A DNA stretch of 18,908 bases from Gemmatimonadaceae bacterium (GCA_040902005.1 JBBDYA010000085.1:83226-102133); one strand, 5' to 3'. Counted from the first letter of the stretch, positions 9,110 through 18,717 are shown. The notes: a model not told the origin generated them from the sequence alone. Program-made: numbers and translations.

Positions 9110-9805
9110 ATGCGAGCACTTCCTTTCCTCAGGCGACATGACTGGCTGCTGCTGATGCTCGCCGCGGCGTGCATCGCGCTCGCCTGCGTGTTTGCGGCAT
9201 TTGGCGCGGACGTCCTGGCGGGCGACCACCGCGCAATGGACGAGCGGCTGCGGCGCTGGACGGTGGAACGCCGCTCGCCCGTGGGCGTTGCGATCGCGGA
9301 TTTCATCAGCAGCGTCGGGGCAACGGAGGTCCTGGTCGTGCTCGCCTCCCTGGTCGGATGGCTGGCGCTGCGCCGCGGGTTCGCGTGGCTGGCCATCCTC
9401 GTCGTGAGCGCCGCCGTGTCGTCGCAGTACGTGGGCCTGCTCAAGCGGTCGTATGACATCGTCCGGCCGCCAACGGGCGTGGCGGAACGGGTGAGTCTCG
9501 GTTTTCCAAGCGGTCACTCGTCGGGCGCCGCGGCCATCTGCGTCTTCCTTGGCTATGTGGTGGTGCGCAAGCGCCGCGTCTCGGTTTCCGTGGCGACGTC
9601 AGCGGGCGTGGGCACCGTGCTGCTCGTCGGGCTCAGCAGGATCTATCTCGACTATCACTGGCTGAGCGACGTGCTGGGCGGCTGGATGGTGGGGACAGCG
9701 ATCGGCGTGGGTGCGTGCGCCGTGTGGGAGTGGATCCAGCGTCACCAGCGCGACGACGCCAGGAATCCCACCCCGCCTCCCGGCGCGACGCCCACCCGGA
9801 GCTGA
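9110..9805 (+). CDS. PAP2-family membrane phosphatase (undecaprenyl-PP/lipid phosphatase-like)
   Basis: KRSYDIVRP, FPSGH and SRIYLDYHWLSD motifs; multiple transmembrane helices. Confidence 0.9.
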   Translation: MRALPFLRRHDWLLLMLAAACIALACVFAAFGADVLAGDHRAMDERLRRWTVERRSPVGVAIADFISSVGATEVLVVLASLVGWLALRRGFAWLAILVVSAAVSSQYVGLLKRSYDIVRPPTGVAERVSLGFPSGHSSGAAAICVFLGYVVVRKRRVSVSVATSAGVGTVLLVGLSRIYLDYHWLSDVLGGWMVGTAIGVGACAVWEWIQRHQRDDARNPTPPPGATPTRS

Positions 9806-10605
9806 AGTCCGTCGTCCGCGCCGTCGCCCAGCAGCCACCGGTCCAGGCGATTGCCTTCGCGCGTGTGGTTGAACCGCACCGTCTTGAGGCCCGAGAACAC
9901 GCCGATCGCCGCGCCCATCACCACATCGCTGGCCCAGTGCTTGTGCTCGTACATGCGGGAGAGCCCCACCAGCGTGGCGCCCCCGTACAGGGCCGGACCG
10001 ATGATCCAGCCGGAGCGCGGCCACCATTCCGACGTCTCCGCGGTGACCGCCGATGCCACGGAGAACGCGATCGTGGCGTGAGCCGAGGGGAAGGCCTGGT
10101 ACCCGTCGTGCGACAGTCCCTTCAGAAACCTGAAGTCCCCAGGATTGGTGTCCGGCGATACATGAGGGCGGGCGCGGCCGAGTGTCGCCTTCAGCGCTCC
10201 GGCGACGCCAAGGCCCACGACGATCGCCTCGGTGGTGTGCACCGCGAGGTGCGCCGCGCGCGGCACCTTGCCATAGCGGCCCGCGACGTACATCGCGCCG
10301 CCGATCAGGAATGGCGCGGGACTCCCCATGAAACCGATTACCCTGGCGGCGCGTGCCACTCCGGCATTGTCCACGAGTGCGGGATCGCGCACGGCAGACG
10401 CAATGCGGCGGTCCATCGGAAACATCGCCACCGTGGCCGCGGTGAATCCGGCCAGCACCACCAGGTCCGAAGACTGGAAGAGCGCGCGCACCGGCGGCGA
10501 CGAATCCGCGGGCGCCGTGCTGGCCGGCTGCGCGCCCGCACGAGTGGCATGCAGCGCGCACGCGAGCGCGCACCCCGCGATCCATTTCCCCCCCACCCCC
10601 CTCAC
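9742..10605 (-). CDS. PAP2-family phosphatase with N-terminal signal peptide
   Basis: KATLGRARP, FPSAH and SRMYEHKHWASD motifs; the GTG start overlaps the upstream stop (GTGA, 10602-10605). Confidence 0.88.
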   Translation of the reverse strand: MRGVGGKWIAGCALACALHATRAGAQPASTAPADSSPPVRALFQSSDLVVLAGFTAATVAMFPMDRRIASAVRDPALVDNAGVARAARVIGFMGSPAPFLIGGAMYVAGRYGKVPRAAHLAVHTTEAIVVGLGVAGALKATLGRARPHVSPDTNPGDFRFLKGLSHDGYQAFPSAHATIAFSVASAVTAETSEWWPRSGWIIGPALYGGATLVGLSRMYEHKHWASDVVMGAAIGVFSGLKTVRFNHTREGNRLDRWLLGDGADDGLQLRVGVAPGGGVGFLASSRW

Positions 10606-11141
10606 GGGGCGTCGCCCACGAGTGGCAGTGCGAACAGCACCTTCGTGTTCCCCCCCACCGCGCCCACCGTTTGAAACGCGGCGATCCGCTCGATGCGCAC
10701 CGGATCCGTGATGCGCACGCGCAGCAGGTCGCGCAGCTCGCTGGGCGGCAGCTCGCGAAAGAGGTTCAGCGTGACGTGCGGCGTGAACGTGAAGCGGGGC
10801 TGCTCGTAGCGGAGTCCGCTCGTGAGAATGCGGTCGTGCAGCACGCGGATCGGTCCGTGTGGATCGAGCGGCAACACCACCACCTGCGACTGCATGAACT
10901 GCTTCGGCGGCGAGAACGTGAGCGTCATCGGCGGCGTGACGCGCGTGACGGAGAGGAGCGCCGACCGCAACTCCTCGAGCGGCGTGTCCACCGCGATGGG
11001 CCCCATGCCCGACGATCCGGTGATCGTCACGTGCGGCGGTAGCAGCGCCGCGAGCCGCGGGTCGTAGCGCCGCTGGATCGTGAGCACCCGCTCGCGCAGG
11101 ACGTCGTCGAGTTCGGCGAGAATGACGATCCCGGGCTTCAC
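10602..11141 (-). CDS. 2H phosphoesterase (2'-5' RNA ligase/LigT-like family), 179 aa
   Basis: Two HxT motifs (PPHVTI, TPHVTL). GTG start at 11141 overlaps the PLD gene stop (GTGA). The ORF-track extension to 11927 is spurious. Confidence 0.88.
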   Translation of the reverse strand: MKPGIVILAELDDVLRERVLTIQRRYDPRLAALLPPHVTITGSSGMGPIAVDTPLEELRSALLSVTRVTPPMTLTFSPPKQFMQSQVVVLPLDPHGPIRVLHDRILTSGLRYEQPRFTFTPHVTLNLFRELPPSELRDLLRVRITDPVRIERIAAFQTVGAVGGNTKVLFALPLVGDAP

Positions 11142-12295
11142 AGGCGCGCGAGACTCCTGCCGAGCATGGTGACCTCGCGGGACTGCTCCAGGTCGGCGAG
11201 GAAGCGTTCCTCGGCTTCGCGGCCGATGTCCGGATCCTCGATGAGCGCGTCCAGTTCGTAGTTGATCGCGACGCCGAGCACGTTGAAGTCGGTGGAGCCT
11301 ATGCGAGCCCAGCGGCCATCCACGACGCTGGTCTTGGCGTGCATCATTTCCCCTTGCCACTCCCAGACGCGGACGCCGTTCGTGAGCAAGCGTCGATAGT
11401 AGCGCCGCGTGAGCATCGTGACCCAGGGATGATTGTTGCGGCTCGGCACGAGCACGCGCACGTCCACGCCGTCGCGCGCCGCGCCGGTGAGCGCTTCGAC
11501 CTCCGCCCACGCGGGAATGAAATAGGCGCTCGCGATCCAGATCGAGCGCTCGGCGGCGATCGCCTGCATCTGCAGAGCGCGGGCGACGCGCAACCGCAGC
11601 GGCTCGCCCTCGATGATGCCCACCAGCGCGGGGGGATGCGTGGAGGAGTCCAGGTGCGCCCCGGTAGGACGACGCTTTGCCAACCGGTGCGATCCGCGGC
11701 GCTCGCCGGTGATGCGCTTCCACATGTTCTCGAACGCCTGCAGCATGTTGCCGGCGGCCGGTCCCTCGATGCGCACGGCGGCGTCGCGCCAGCGCGACGG
11801 CGGGCCACCTGCCGCTGTTTGCAGCCACTCGCTTCCGACTCCCACGCCGCCGGTCACGCCGACCGCGTCGTCCACCACGAGCAGTTTGCGGTGGTCGCGC
11901 GGCACGAGCCCGAGCCACGGACGACACCCGGGCGGGTTGAACACGCGGAGATTCACCCCGGCCTTGCGCAGGGTGCCGACGAACTGCTTGGACGTGCCGT
12001 GCCCGCCGATCCAGTCCATGATGACGCGCACCGACACGCCGCGCGCGCTCGCGGACGTGAGCGCGTCGTGGAACCGCTGCCCGACCTCGTCCGAACGGAA
12101 GATGTAGCTCTCGAGCTCCACCGATCGCGTGGCCGCACCAATCAGGCGGAGCATCTCCTCGAATGCTTCCGGGCCGTCGTGCAGCAACCGCACGCGATTG
12201 CCGCTGGAGACGTCGGCGGCCGCGATGCGCCAGAGTCCGCGGGAAAAGGAAGGGCCGCGGGCGGCTGGAGGCGACGCCGGACGCCGCGCTTTCAT
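11138..12295 (-). CDS. Phospholipase D-superfamily protein, cardiolipin synthase ClsB-like (no N-terminal TM anchor)
   Basis: Two HKD motifs (RDHRKLLVVD...GG, MMHAKTSVVD...IGSTD); GNRVRLLHDG, WRD and SAYFIP motifs. Start uncertain (ATG 12295 chosen). Confidence 0.9.
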   Translation of the reverse strand: MKARRPASPPAARGPSFSRGLWRIAAADVSSGNRVRLLHDGPEAFEEMLRLIGAATRSVELESYIFRSDEVGQRFHDALTSASARGVSVRVIMDWIGGHGTSKQFVGTLRKAGVNLRVFNPPGCRPWLGLVPRDHRKLLVVDDAVGVTGGVGVGSEWLQTAAGGPPSRWRDAAVRIEGPAAGNMLQAFENMWKRITGERRGSHRLAKRRPTGAHLDSSTHPPALVGIIEGEPLRLRVARALQMQAIAAERSIWIASAYFIPAWAEVEALTGAARDGVDVRVLVPSRNNHPWVTMLTRRYYRRLLTNGVRVWEWQGEMMHAKTSVVDGRWARIGSTDFNVLGVAINYELDALIEDPDIGREAEERFLADLEQSREVTMLGRSLARL

Positions 12296-12358
12296 TGGAG
12301 TGCTCACGTTCCGGCCCCCGTTCAGGATGCGTGCCGCCTGCAATGTAGTTTATAGGCC

Positions 12359-13264
12359 ATGCTCTCCATCGACCTGACCGGCCGCCGGGCGCTCGTCGCC
12401 GGCGTCGCCGATGACGCGGGGTTCGGTTTCGCGATCGCCAAGGCCCTGGCCGAAGCCGGCGCGAGCGTCTGCGTGGGAACGTGGCCGCCGGCCCTGAACA
12501 TCTTCCAGAACCTCATCGAGCGCGGCAAGATCGATGAGTCCCGCAAGCTGTCCAGCGGACAGCTGTTGCAGTTCGAGAAGATCTATCCGCTGGACGCGGC
12601 CTACGACACGCTCGAGGACATGCCGGAGGAGCTGCGGTCCAACAAGCGGTACAAAGACGTGGGTGACCCGACGGTCTCGGGGCTCGCGCAGCGGATGCGT
12701 GAGGACTTTGGCGAACAGTCGGTGGACATCCTCGTCCACTCGCTGGCGAACGGGCCCGAAGTCAAGAAGCCGCTGCTCGACACCAGCCGCCGGGGGTACC
12801 TGGAGGCGGTGAGCGTCAGCGCGTACTCGCTGGTCTCGATGATCGCCCGGCTGGGACCGCTCATGCGGCCGGGCGGCGCGGTCGTGTCACTCACCTACAT
12901 GGCCAGCGAGCGCGTGATTCCCGGGTACGGCGGGGGCATGTCGTCCGCCAAGGCGGCGCTGGAGAGCGACACGCGCACGCTGGCCTTTGAGGCGGGACGC
13001 AAGTACCAGGTGCGAGTGAACACGATCAGCGCCGGCCCGCTCGCGTCGCGCGCGGCAAGCGCGATCGGCATCATCGGCCGGATGATCGCGTACGTCTCGA
13101 AGAACGCGCCGATGACCGATCCACTGGGCGCGGACGAGGTCGGTGCGACCGCCGCGTTCCTGTGCTCGCCGCTGGCCAGCGGCATCACCGGGACCACGGT
13201 GTACGTGGACAAGGGGTATCACGCCATGGGGATGGCGGTCGAGGAACTCGACGCCGGCGCGTAA
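12359..13264 (+). CDS. fabI: Enoyl-ACP reductase, long plant-plastid/Chlamydia-type FabI
   Basis: [63 protein letters not shown] and [14 protein letters not shown]. Confidence 0.93.
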   Translation: MLSIDLTGRRALVAGVADDAGFGFAIAKALAEAGASVCVGTWPPALNIFQNLIERGKIDESRKLSSGQLLQFEKIYPLDAAYDTLEDMPEELRSNKRYKDVGDPTVSGLAQRMREDFGEQSVDILVHSLANGPEVKKPLLDTSRRGYLEAVSVSAYSLVSMIARLGPLMRPGGAVVSLTYMASERVIPGYGGGMSSAKAALESDTRTLAFEAGRKYQVRVNTISAGPLASRAASAIGIIGRMIAYVSKNAPMTDPLGADEVGATAAFLCSPLASGITGTTVYVDKGYHAMGMAVEELDAGA

Positions 13265-13281
13265 CGCCGGCACCGTCCGCA

Positions 13282-16200
13282 TCAGCTGATCAGCGTCGAT
13301 GGAGCAGGACCGTCGGCGGCCTTGGGCACAATCTCCGGCAAATTCGCCGCGCGCAGTGTGCCGTTGATCGGCGGCAGATGGGTCGAGATCGCCGACCGCA
13401 TGCGCGTCAGCTCGCGGTCGAGCTGCGTGCCCAGGCGGTTGAAGACCTCCACGACCTGGGCCGTGGGACGGCCGTCCGAGCCGCCCGCCATTCCCATCAG
13501 GGCGCCGATCTTGTTGTTCAACCGGATGGGGTAGTTCAGCGGGTCCTGTCCGCTGCGGCTTTTCGTCTGGTAGATCGAATCCTCCACGGACGACAGCGTC
13601 GCCATCAGCGCGGCGGCGTGCTGGTTGAACGACGCGAGCGCATCGCCCGACAGCTTGCCGCGCCGATCGTCGATTTCCGCGCGGACATACCGGATCGTCT
13701 TCACCGCGTCATTCGCCTCGCTGAACCGGCTGGCCACGCGCTGAAGAAACCGGAACTGCGCCACATGGTCGGACGCGGTCACCCCTTCCACACGAGGATC
13801 CGCCAGGAGACGGAACTGCTCCGTGCCCACGGTGCGCCCGCTGACGCTGAGCCGGGCGAGGTACGTGCCGGGGGGCGCCATGGGACCGGCGTTCGCGTTC
13901 GCCGACCAGAGAATCATCCCACGGAACGCGGATGGCGCGGGGTAGCGCATGTCCCACACGAAGCTGTTGGTGCCCGCGCGATTGGTCGCGCGCGGTCGTG
14001 GTGTGGGCCGCCATCCAGGCGTCTGATCCTGCGGCGGATTCGGCATGCGGCGCATTACGGCGCGGATGCTATCCACTGACAGCCCCGCGGCGCGCAGCGA
14101 ATCCTCGCGGGCGCGGCGCCATTCGATGCGCACGAGAGAGTCCGCCGCCGCGAGCGAGTCCTGCCGGCTGGAAAAGGTTCGAATGAGATTGCCGGCGGAG
14201 TCGAGGATGCTGAGCGCCACATCCTGATTGGCATTCGCGAGCCAGTATCGGATGACGGCACCGCTCGGCGGATTGGACGCCACTGGATTCACCGGCGCCT
14301 GCTGCGGGCCCCCGCCGCCCCCACCCCCGCCGCCGCCCCCGCCACCCCCGCCGCCCCCGCCGCCCCCGCCGCCCCCGCCGAAGCTCGCGCGGTACGAGTT
14401 CCTCGGACTGAACAGGTGCGCGTCCGACGCGAGGATCGAATCCGAGAGCTGGCGCAGTGTGCTGATGTCATCCAGCACCCAGAAGGAGCGCCCGTGCGTC
14501 GCGAGCACCACGTCCCCCGCCTTCACCTGCAGGTCGTGGATCGGCACAAACGGCAGGTTGAGTCGCAGCGCCTGCCAGCGCCTGCCATCGTTCGGCGAGA
14601 ACCACACGCCGCGCTCCGTGCCGGCAAGGAGCAGCCCGCGGCGCTCCGGATCCTCGCGAAGCACTCGGGTGAACTCGGACGTTGCGATCCCCTCGTCGAT
14701 GCGCTCCCACGACGCGCCGCAGTTGGCCGTCTTCCAGAGATGGGGACGGTCGTCGTCCAGCTGAAAGCGGTTGGCGGCGACGTACGCGACGCACGGCGCG
14801 TGCGCCGACGCATCGATGCTGGACACCCGCGTGAACTTCTGCATGTCCCTGGGCGTGACCTCTGTCCAGTTGGTGCCGGCGTTGCGCGTGAGCCACACCC
14901 GTCCGTCATCGGTGCCCGCCCAGATCAGCCCCGCCTGCACCGGAGACTCCTGGAGCACGAACACCACGCCGTAGTATTCCACCGACGTCTGGTCCAGCGT
15001 GAGCGGACCGCCCGAGTTCCCCTGCGTGCTCTTGTCGTTGTGGGACAGATCCGGGGAGATCACTGTCCAGCTCTCACCGCCATTGGTGGAGCGGTGCACG
15101 TGCTGCGAACCGATGTACACCACGTTCGAGTTGTGCGGACTCACCACGATCGGAAACGTCCACTGGAATCGGTAGCGCAGGTCGCCCGCCGGATGCCCCA
15201 TCGGATTGTCCGGCCACGCGTTCACGTTGCGCGTGACGCCGGTGCGCATGTTTCGTCGCGTGAGATGCCCGCCGTAGCTGCCGGCGTACACAATGTCCGG
15301 AGTGTCGTGACGCGCCGCGATGTGTCCCGATTCCCCGCCACCCGCATCTTTCCAGTCGCTCATCTCGATGCCGCCCGCGTTACGGCTCGGCCCGCAGAGC
15401 GTGGAATTGTCCTGCTGCGCGCCGCACACCTGGTAGGGAAAGTGATTCGTGGTGATCACGTGGTAGAACTGAGCGGTCGCGTAGTCCTGCTCGGTCCAGT
15501 TGCGCCCGCCGTCGGTGCTCACCGCCGCGCCCCCGTCGTCCGCCTGGATCATGCGGTTCGGATTGTCGGGCGCGATCCAGAGATCGTGCGAATCGGCGTG
15601 CGGGACACGCACCGCGGTGAACGTCCTGCCGCCGTCAGTGGACTTGCGAAACTGCACGTTGCTCACGTACACCACGTCCCGGTCTTTCGGGTCGGCGTAG
15701 AGCTTCATGTAATACCAGGAGCGCTGCGTGAGCGCGCTCTCGCCGTTCGTCCTGCGCCAGTTGGCGCCGGCGTCGTCGCTCACGTACACCCCGCCCTGGC
15801 CGCCCCCCGCCTCGATGATGGCGTACACGCGGCTGGAACTCGCGCCGGAAACCGCGATGCCGATGTTGCCCCAGATGCCCGTAGGCAGGCCGGGATGCCG
15901 GGTGATCTCCGCCCACGTATCGCCGCCGTCGACGGTCTTGAACATCCCCGACCCCGCGCCGCCCGACACGAGCATCCACGGTCGGCGATGGGCCTGCCAG
16001 AAACCGGCGTAGAGCACGTTCGGATCATTCGGATCCATGACGAGATCCACCACGCCCGTGGAATCGTTGCGAAAGAGAATCTTCTCCCAGCTGTCGCCGC
16101 CGTTCCGCGATCGGTAGACGCCCCGCGCCGGGTTTGGTCCGAATACGTGGCCGAGCGCACCGACGTACACGAGGTCCGGGTTTGTGGGATGCACCACCAC

Positions 16201-16713
16201 GTCCGCGATGTGCTTCGTGTCGCCCAGCCCCTTCATGGTCCAGGTGCGTCCGCCATCGGTGGTCTTCCACACGCCGTCTCCGTGGGACACGTTCCCCCGG
16301 ATCGGGTACTCGCCGCCGCCCACGTACACGATGTCCGGATTGGATGGGGCCACCTCGATCGCGCCGATGGTGCCGCCGAAATAACCGTCCGTTACCGGAG
16401 ACCATGACATGCCGCCGTCGGTCGTCTTGAAGACGCCGCCGCCAGTCGTGCCCATGTAGTACTCGTTGGGGCGGGCGACACTGCCGGAGACCGCGACGGA
16501 CCGTCCGCCACGGTACGGCCCGAGCTCGCGCCATTGCAGGCCAGCGAGCGCGAGACTGTCGAACGACCGCGTGACCGTCGGAATGGGGGCCGGCTGGGCC
16601 GCGGCTGTGGCCGGGGCAGCGGGACGTTGTGCGGCCGGGCGTTGCGCGACGGCACCCGACGAGAGGGGGGCGATGACGACCCCGAGGACAGCCAGGCGGA
16701 ATGGACGCGACAC
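13282..16713 (-). CDS. Large secreted BNR/Asp-box (VPS10/sortilin-like) beta-propeller protein, putative glycosyl hydrolase
   Basis: Signal peptide; WRELGPYRGGR start; many (K/R)(S/T)xDGGxxW Asp-boxes; GAQQDN and RFQWTFPIVVSPH; helical C-terminal tail. GGAGA Shine-Dalgarno upstream of the GTG. Confidence 0.9.
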   Translation of the reverse strand: MSRPFRLAVLGVVIAPLSSGAVAQRPAAQRPAAPATAAAQPAPIPTVTRSFDSLALAGLQWRELGPYRGGRSVAVSGSVARPNEYYMGTTGGGVFKTTDGGMSWSPVTDGYFGGTIGAIEVAPSNPDIVYVGGGEYPIRGNVSHGDGVWKTTDGGRTWTMKGLGDTKHIADVVVHPTNPDLVYVGALGHVFGPNPARGVYRSRNGGDSWEKILFRNDSTGVVDLVMDPNDPNVLYAGFWQAHRRPWMLVSGGAGSGMFKTVDGGDTWAEITRHPGLPTGIWGNIGIAVSGASSSRVYAIIEAGGGQGGVYVSDDAGANWRRTNGESALTQRSWYYMKLYADPKDRDVVYVSNVQFRKSTDGGRTFTAVRVPHADSHDLWIAPDNPNRMIQADDGGAAVSTDGGRNWTEQDYATAQFYHVITTNHFPYQVCGAQQDNSTLCGPSRNAGGIEMSDWKDAGGGESGHIAARHDTPDIVYAGSYGGHLTRRNMRTGVTRNVNAWPDNPMGHPAGDLRYRFQWTFPIVVSPHNSNVVYIGSQHVHRSTNGGESWTVISPDLSHNDKSTQGNSGGPLTLDQTSVEYYGVVFVLQESPVQAGLIWAGTDDGRVWLTRNAGTNWTEVTPRDMQKFTRVSSIDASAHAPCVAYVAANRFQLDDDRPHLWKTANCGASWERIDEGIATSEFTRVLREDPERRGLLLAGTERGVWFSPNDGRRWQALRLNLPFVPIHDLQVKAGDVVLATHGRSFWVLDDISTLRQLSDSILASDAHLFSPRNSYRASFGGGGGGGGGGGGGGGGGGGGGGGGPQQAPVNPVASNPPSGAVIRYWLANANQDVALSILDSAGNLIRTFSSRQDSLAAADSLVRIEWRRAREDSLRAAGLSVDSIRAVMRRMPNPPQDQTPGWRPTPRPRATNRAGTNSFVWDMRYPAPSAFRGMILWSANANAGPMAPPGTYLARLSVSGRTVGTEQFRLLADPRVEGVTASDHVAQFRFLQRVASRFSEANDAVKTIRYVRAEIDDRRGKLSGDALASFNQHAAALMATLSSVEDSIYQTKSRSGQDPLNYPIRLNNKIGALMGMAGGSDGRPTAQVVEVFNRLGTQLDRELTRMRSAISTHLPPINGTLRAANLPEIVPKAADGPAPSTLIS
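14308..14379 (-). repeat. In-frame (GGN)24 tract encoding 24 consecutive glycines
   Basis: 72 nt of GGC/GGG/GGT codons between ...RASF and PQQAP... Confidence 0.95.
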
Positions 16714-16770
16714 GAGCCTTCTCCAGAGTTCACGTTGGGCTCGAATTATCGGCCGATCCGGCGGCGCGGG

Positions 16771-16895
16771 CTAGGGATCCGCTGAAGAGGCGTTGGCTGG
16801 AGGCGCGGTGTGCCGCATTGCGCGAGTCAGTGGAAGCACGGTAGCTCCCCGCGGCACACCGCGCCTCCAGCCTCCACACTTCAGAGGTTTCCTGG
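16771..16895. repeat. Palindromic intergenic element with IS5-like outer ends
   Basis: Perfect 22-bp IR 16795-16816/16851-16872; imperfect outer IR CTAGGGATCCGCTGAAG / CTTCAGAGGTTTCCTGG. Confidence 0.8.
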
Positions 16896-16965
16896 TGGCT
16901 CTGGTACCCGGCGGCCGGTTCCGAGTATGATTGAGCTCGCAACCGACAACACAGGGAGACGCCAG

Positions 16966-17913
16966 ATGCGACGCTCACGTACCACTGCCTTGATCCTGAT
17001 CGTCGCGCTCGCAGCGTGCTCCGGAAGCGAGCGTACGCCCCCCCCCGACAGCGCCGTCGGGCAGACCTCCGGCGCCACCTCCGCCACCGTGAAGGTGGGT
17101 GAGACGTCGGGATTCGACGTTCCCGAATCGGTGCGGTACGACGAGGAGCTGGACGTCTACTACGTCTCGAACATCAACGGGAACCCCTCGCAAAAGGACA
17201 ACAACGGCTACATCGCGCGCGTACGGGCGGACAGCACCAGCGTGATGACCAGGCTGGTGGAGGGCGGTCGCGCCGGAGTCACGCTGCACGCGCCAAAGGG
17301 CATGGCGCTGCGTGGGGACACGATCTTCGTGGCGGACATCGACGTGCTGCGAATGTTCAACCGGCGCACGGGCGCGTCGCTGGGCTCGGTGGATTTCCGC
17401 GCGCAGAACGCGACGTTTCTCAACGACGTGGCTGTCGGCCCGGATGGCATTTACGTCACGGACACCGGCATTGCCTTCGACGCGCAGGGTGCAATGAGCC
17501 ACCCCGGCGTGAATCGCATTTTCCGGGTGGTGGGCCGCCGCGTGACGGTGATGGCCCAGGGCGACTCGCTGTCGAATCCGAATGGCATTGCCTGGGACGC
17601 CGCGAACAGCCGCTTCGTGCTCGCGCCGTTCGGGAGCCAGAGTGTGCAGGCGTGGGTGGCCGGACAGGCGCATCCGACGGCGCTCGTCTCCGGACCGGGG
17701 GGTTACGACGGCGTGGAGGTGCTGGCCAACGGCAACCTGCTCGTGTCGAGCTGGGCCGACTCCACGGTGCACATCGTGCACGGCGGGACGCACATGATGC
17801 CGATGGTGCGCGGCGTCGAGGCGCCCGCGGACATCGGGGTGGACACCAGGCGCAATCTCGTGGCAGTGCCGCTCTTCAACGGTGGGAGGGTGGAGTACTA
17901 TCGCATTCAATGA
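16966..17913 (+). CDS. SMP-30/gluconolactonase-like six-bladed beta-propeller lipoprotein
   Basis: AGGGAG Shine-Dalgarno before ATG 16966; lipobox LAAC; FDVPES, APKGMA, FLNDVA, PNGIAWD, YDGVE and APADIG blade motifs. Confidence 0.87.
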   Translation: MRRSRTTALILIVALAACSGSERTPPPDSAVGQTSGATSATVKVGETSGFDVPESVRYDEELDVYYVSNINGNPSQKDNNGYIARVRADSTSVMTRLVEGGRAGVTLHAPKGMALRGDTIFVADIDVLRMFNRRTGASLGSVDFRAQNATFLNDVAVGPDGIYVTDTGIAFDAQGAMSHPGVNRIFRVVGRRVTVMAQGDSLSNPNGIAWDAANSRFVLAPFGSQSVQAWVAGQAHPTALVSGPGGYDGVEVLANGNLLVSSWADSTVHIVHGGTHMMPMVRGVEAPADIGVDTRRNLVAVPLFNGGRVEYYRIQ

Positions 17914-17931
17914 GGGGTTCTCGGTGAGGGG

Positions 17932-18717
17932 TTGAATCGCTACGAGCTGACCCGCTGCGCGGTATGCAGTTCTGCGGACAGCATCACGCTCGCCACCGCG
18001 GACGACATCCGCGCCGAGTCCGAGGTTCTGTGGGAGTTTCACATGCGCCGCCTGTCGCCGCGCACGCCACCGGAGCGCCTGCTCGACCGGGTGGCGTTTT
18101 CGCAGGTGCCGCCGTGGCGCCTGGTGCAATGCGCGGAATGCGGGCTGGTGTACCGCAACCCTACCGAGCGGCCCGAAGCGCTGCGCGCGACCTACGCCGA
18201 GGAGGCATCGAACCTTGAAGCGCTGCTCGCGCTGTACCGTGCACAGCGCGGCGCGTTCCGCGCGCAGCTCCGGCGCCTGAACCGTCACGGTCCTCGCGGT
18301 GGCGCCGGACTGGAAGTCGGGAGCTATGTCGGCGCCTTTCTGGCAGCGGCGCGGGACACCCGCTGGCGTTTCGAGGGGTTGGACGTCAACGCGCGGGTGA
18401 ACGAGTTCACGCGGTCCCTGAACCTGACGGTGCACGACGGCGACCTGGAGCACTTTCGCGCCGATCGCGCTTTTGCCGCGATCGCGATCTGGAACACGTT
18501 CGACCAGCTTCCCGACCCCGCGGCCGCGGCGCGCGCGGCGACACGCCTTCTCGTCCCCGCCGGCCTGCTCGCGATTCGCGTCCCGAACGGCGCGTGTTAC
18601 GCCCGGTGGACACGAACGTGGGCCGCACTCGAGGAGCGTGCGTTCAGGCCCCTCACGCGGGCCTGGATGCCCTGGTTCGAGGTGTATGCTGTCGCGCCCG
18701 GCCCGTCCGAACGCTAG
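17932..18717 (+). CDS. Class I SAM-dependent methyltransferase with N-terminal Zn-ribbon; C-terminal part appears shortened
   Basis: CAVC...CAECGLVYRNP; motif I GLEVGSYVGAFL; GLDVN; IWNTFDQLPDP...GLLAIRVPN. The TTG start is uncertain. Confidence 0.8.
   Translation: MNRYELTRCAVCSSADSITLATADDIRAESEVLWEFHMRRLSPRTPPERLLDRVAFSQVPPWRLVQCAECGLVYRNPTERPEALRATYAEEASNLEALLALYRAQRGAFRAQLRRLNRHGPRGGAGLEVGSYVGAFLAAARDTRWRFEGLDVNARVNEFTRSLNLTVHDGDLEHFRADRAFAAIAIWNTFDQLPDPAAAARAATRLLVPAGLLAIRVPNGACYARWTRTWAALEERAFRPLTRAWMPWFEVYAVAPGPSER

Noticed and set aside
17911..17934. TGA read-through or selenocysteine fusion: the methyltransferase is in frame with the SMP-30-like gene after one TGA
   Set aside because: Being in frame is a one-in-three coincidence, there is no convincing SECIS, and an exported lipoprotein fused to a cytoplasmic SAM enzyme is implausible.
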